31,884 nt of DNA, from positions 1 through 31,884 of the forward strand of contig CAXULY010000053.1 in NCBI GenBank assembly GCA_964252075.1. The letters are read 5' to 3'. Of the stretch, positions 29,127 through 31,884 are shown piece after piece. The position numbers and the translations under genes are program-made. The notes beneath the pieces were generated by a model that searched no databases, was not told the origin of the DNA, and worked only from the letters and a program-made list of their open reading frames with translations. The DNA comes from an uncultured Deinococcaceae bacterium (lineage in GTDB: Bacteria > Deinococcota > Deinococci > Deinococcales > Deinococcaceae). Numbering within the stretch: the stretch's first letter is position 1; the number at the start of each line of letters is the position of its first letter.

Positions 29127-29561
29127 TCAATCGTAGGCGCGTCGCGGAAGCCGAGCGATTTGCCAGAAGATCATCAACCGCTCCACCAACTCCATCAGCT
29201 CGGCGATGGAGTTGGGCTTCACCAGGTACGCGCTCGCCTGGAGGTCATATGCCCGCCGCTGGTCCTGTTCGCTGGTGGAGGTGGTCAGCACCACCACCGG
29301 CACCGTTCGGGTCTCCGGATGCGCCTTCAGCCGCGCCAGCACCTCAAAGCCGTTGAGGCCCGGCATGTTCAGGTCCAGCAGCACCAGGTTCGGACGGTCG
29401 AACATGGGCACCCGCAAGCGGGCCAGGGCGTCGTCCCCAGACGCAGCGGTGGTGAAGGTGTGGGGCACAGTCTGCGCTTCGAAGGCGAGTTCAGCGAACA
29501 TCCGGTCCGGTTCGCTGTCGTCCACCAGCAGAACGTGCAGGGGACGGACAGGGGGAAGCAC
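29127..29561 (-). CDS. Single-domain response regulator (Rcp1-like), leaderless
   Basis: LLVDD..D, LLDLNMP..NG, LTTS, YLVKP, FW; CATACT 6 nt before GTG. Confidence 0.92.
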   Translation of the reverse strand: MLPPVRPLHVLLVDDSEPDRMFAELAFEAQTVPHTFTTAASGDDALARLRVPMFDRPNLVLLDLNMPGLNGFEVLARLKAHPETRTVPVVVLTTSTSEQDQRRAYDLQASAYLVKPNSIAELMELVERLMIFWQIARLPRRAYD

Positions 29562-29652
29562 GTGTGCAGTATGGCGTCCCATCAGGGCACTGTTTGGGAC
29601 AAATCAGACGGGGAGGGCTAGACGAATATCCAGCCCGCCCCTGCGTTCAGCG

Positions 29653-29859
29653 TTATTCCCCTTCGTCGTCCACATCGTCCATATCGGACTCCGTGTCCGT
29701 GCTGATGTCTGAGCCATCCTGGGTGGTCGTCACATCGGTGGTGTCCTGGGTGTCATCCACCGGCGTCATGTCGGGGGTGGTGTTCGTGTCCATGTCCCCG
29801 TCCGTGGGCGTCATCCCAGTGGTGCCGTCGGAGTTCGGGTCCACTTCGTTGCCGGTCAT
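29653..29859 (-). CDS. Highly acidic low-complexity protein (68 aa)
   Basis: GGAGG RBS; 22 Asp/Glu and no Lys/Arg/His. Confidence 0.75.
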   Translation of the reverse strand: MTGNEVDPNSDGTTGMTPTDGDMDTNTTPDMTPVDDTQDTTDVTTTQDGSDISTDTESDMDDVDDEGE

Positions 29860-30021
29860 GGTGCCTCCCTGAATCCACGCGGCGCGAGGGCAAGCCAGCC
29901 CCGTGCCGCTCGATGGTTCACTCAGAGGCTCCCATGGGGACGGGCCCGTGAGGTGATGCATGCTTGACCACCCCTTGAACGAGGTGAGGTCGGGCACTCG
30001 CCCGGCTTCTCTCTTTGCCCT

Positions 30022-30228
30022 TCATTCCGTCGCTGGAGCGAACAGCGCCACCGCGCCGAATACCTTGGTGCTCGACCACATCAACTGCGCCATCACGTAC
30101 CGCTTCCCTTCCCACACCAGCTCATCGCCCATGTGAGGCCGCGGGGCATCCACCCGATACACCACCACCAAATCCGCTTGGTCTTCGCTGGACCGCACAC
30201 GATGAACATCTTTGGGGTCCACTTTCAT
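30022..30228 (-). CDS. 68-aa beta-rich protein, paralog 3
   Basis: MKVDPKDV... aligns with paralogs 1 and 2. Confidence 0.85.
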   Translation of the reverse strand: MKVDPKDVHRVRSSEDQADLVVVYRVDAPRPHMGDELVWEGKRYVMAQLMWSSTKVFGAVALFAPATE

Positions 30229-30306
30229 GGACCAGTCTCTCGAGGGGAGTCCCCACCCTTCGCGGTTTTGGGTGAAGCCGCCTTGGCCTTCCCGCATCAC
30301 CTCGCG

Positions 30307-30729
30307 CTACTGTTGCTCCCGGATCACCTTGGCGGTAAGCCAGAAGCCCACCATGGCATCGAACTGCAGCACGATGAGGTCCAGCCGGCCCTTCTTCACG
30401 AAGTACGCGCTGGCGTACTGCTGGTACGCCTGCGTGACGTCCTCATCTCTGTTGGAGACGGTCAGCATCACCACGGGAATACTCCGGAGGTTCACGTCGG
30501 CTTTGAGGCGGGTCAGGAGCTCCAGGCCGTCCATGTCGGGCATCATGAGGTCCAGCACGATCAGGTCGGGCCGATCCCACTGCCCCCCGGTCAGGTGACG
30601 GAGGGCCTCTTCACCGCTGGTGGCGGTGGTGATGACCGTCGGGTGCTGAAGGCGTCCGAACGCGTCGTGTGCCAGCAGGAGGTCCAGTGGCTCATCGTCC
30701 ACGACGAAGATCTGAATGGGCCGGTTCAT
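30307..30729 (-). CDS. Single-domain response regulator (Rcp1-like)
   Basis: FVVDD..D, VLDLMMP..DG, LTVS, YFVKK, FW. Confidence 0.92.
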   Translation of the reverse strand: MNRPIQIFVVDDEPLDLLLAHDAFGRLQHPTVITTATSGEEALRHLTGGQWDRPDLIVLDLMMPDMDGLELLTRLKADVNLRSIPVVMLTVSNRDEDVTQAYQQYASAYFVKKGRLDLIVLQFDAMVGFWLTAKVIREQQ

Positions 30730-30910
30730 GACCGGCCCATGGGGTTGTGTAGGGGGAGCATCGCTGCACCTTTTCTGCTCGCGCGAAGGAAACGCGGACT
30801 ATCCGCACTGTAGGCGCTGGAAGGGACTCGGAAAGTTCAGATCCGGGGATTGCGGATGAGGTACGTCAGGAGGCCCAAGCGCATCCGCTTGGGCCTCTTC
30901 CTTCGCCCGC

Positions 30911-31065
30911 TCACGCCTTCGCAGGTTCTGTGTCGTCCAGCTGCTGTTTCGGCACAGCGACAAGTTCAAGACCCAGTTCATCAAGAACGTCTTGCCAGAG
31001 TTGAGGGACGCGGCCGCTTGTGCCGGAGAGAGGTCGCGTGATGCTCGGGCGCTCGGTGTTGGGTC
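30911..31065 (-). pseudogene. 3' half of an XRE-type HTH regulator
   Basis: TERPSITRPLSGTSGRVPQLWQDVLDELGLELVAVPK...*; no 5' part. Confidence 0.55.
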
Positions 31066-31097
31066 GTGGTCAGGGTCAGTCAACTCGCGCCATGGGT

Positions 31098-31880
31098 GAA
31101 GCGGGCCAGACGCTCCTCTGGCCTGCTTCGATGGCGCTCAACGCTGTCGTGCCTCAGCGGAGCGCCGCCAAACACGATACAGGGAAGCGGGCGGAAACCG
31201 CCTGGAAACCGCCCGCGAGGTCTACGCACCATGGACCGCCCTCACTGTACGCCTGTCAGATCCTGAAACAGAAAAGGGCGGTCTGAGTGGGGGCCCGCCC
31301 TGCGCTCATCCCCAACCGAGGGAGCATCGCGGGAAGGGAGCTCAACTCTCCCCGCTCACGGCGGCTACCGTGCGCGCCGCGCTGCGCGGTGAGCCCGGCG
31401 TTCCGGATGAGCGGGCCGATTCCTTATGGATCGGCCCGCCTGGCGCTCGACACCTGAACCCCCCAGGCGGAGCGCCGCGTCCAACAGACCTGAAAGCGGG
31501 CGGACACCAGAGGGGAGCCGCCCACGCGGTCCGCGCACACACGGACCACCGCCACTGTACGCCGATCAGACGCGGGCCCAAAAAAGGGGCGGGCCACCTC
31601 TCTGTGGCTCGCCCCGCGCTCAACCCATGTGACTGGGGAACGCAGCGGGGAGGATGTGGGCGCTCCCCGTTTCCCGAGACCAAGGCACGCTCGGTGCCAC
31701 GTCATGGACCTCCTTGCTTTGTGAGGGCTGCGGAACGGCCGATGGGGCGACCACCCACACCGAAGCGGACGCTGATCCGCTGCAGACTCAAAAAAGGGCG
31801 GGCCGGCTCGCCGCGGCCCGCCCCTGCGTTCAACCCGTATGACTGGGGAACGCGGCGGGAAGGGAACTCGGTTCTCCCCG
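31098..31880 (-). repeat. Array of five structured three-hairpin units (31098-31216, 31275-31355, 31411-31524, 31586-31670, 31796-31880); may continue past the window
   Basis: Conserved hairpin order and bulged stem; T-tracts follow three units on the minus strand. Confidence 0.85.
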
Positions 31881-31884
31881 GACC

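Noticed and set aside
29608..29649. 17-nt match (GCCCGCCCCTGCGTTCA) to the last array unit
   Set aside because: Lacks the bulged stem and third hairpin; best explained as the terminator of the acidic-protein gene.
31098..31880. Canonical CRISPR array
   Set aside because: Units are divergent and irregularly spaced (about 140-310 bp), spacers are themselves repeated, and no cas genes are present.

Overview
GC-rich accessory DNA, most likely from a Deinococcus-like plasmid or secondary replicon (inferred from parAB, IS630/IS5/IS701 elements, many leaderless -10/start arrangements and a short Deinococcus-type MraY). Much of it is decaying: an MT-A70 methyltransferase, pilB/pilT, two IS701 copies, an IS5 transposase and a DUF2227 gene are disrupted. 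Apparently intact modules are: a Phd/YefM-like-domain-ParA fusion plus ParB with downstream palindromic parS candidates; low-GC immunity-like genes (SMI1/KNR4 behind a toxin-tail remnant); a DUF2325/acyltransferase operon; two RibD-C/DHFR-like genes; an extra mraY with a small membrane ORF; a DUF2335 pair; and repeated modules of a single-domain response regulator plus a 68-aa protein. The most striking unexplained signal is a non-coding family of at least eight three-hairpin units in two homologous, oppositely oriented arrays (about 15.33-15.74 kb and 31.10-31.88 kb). Their central bulged stem covaries and partly resembles a type I-E CRISPR repeat. All family assignments are from motif recognition by eye, not database searches.
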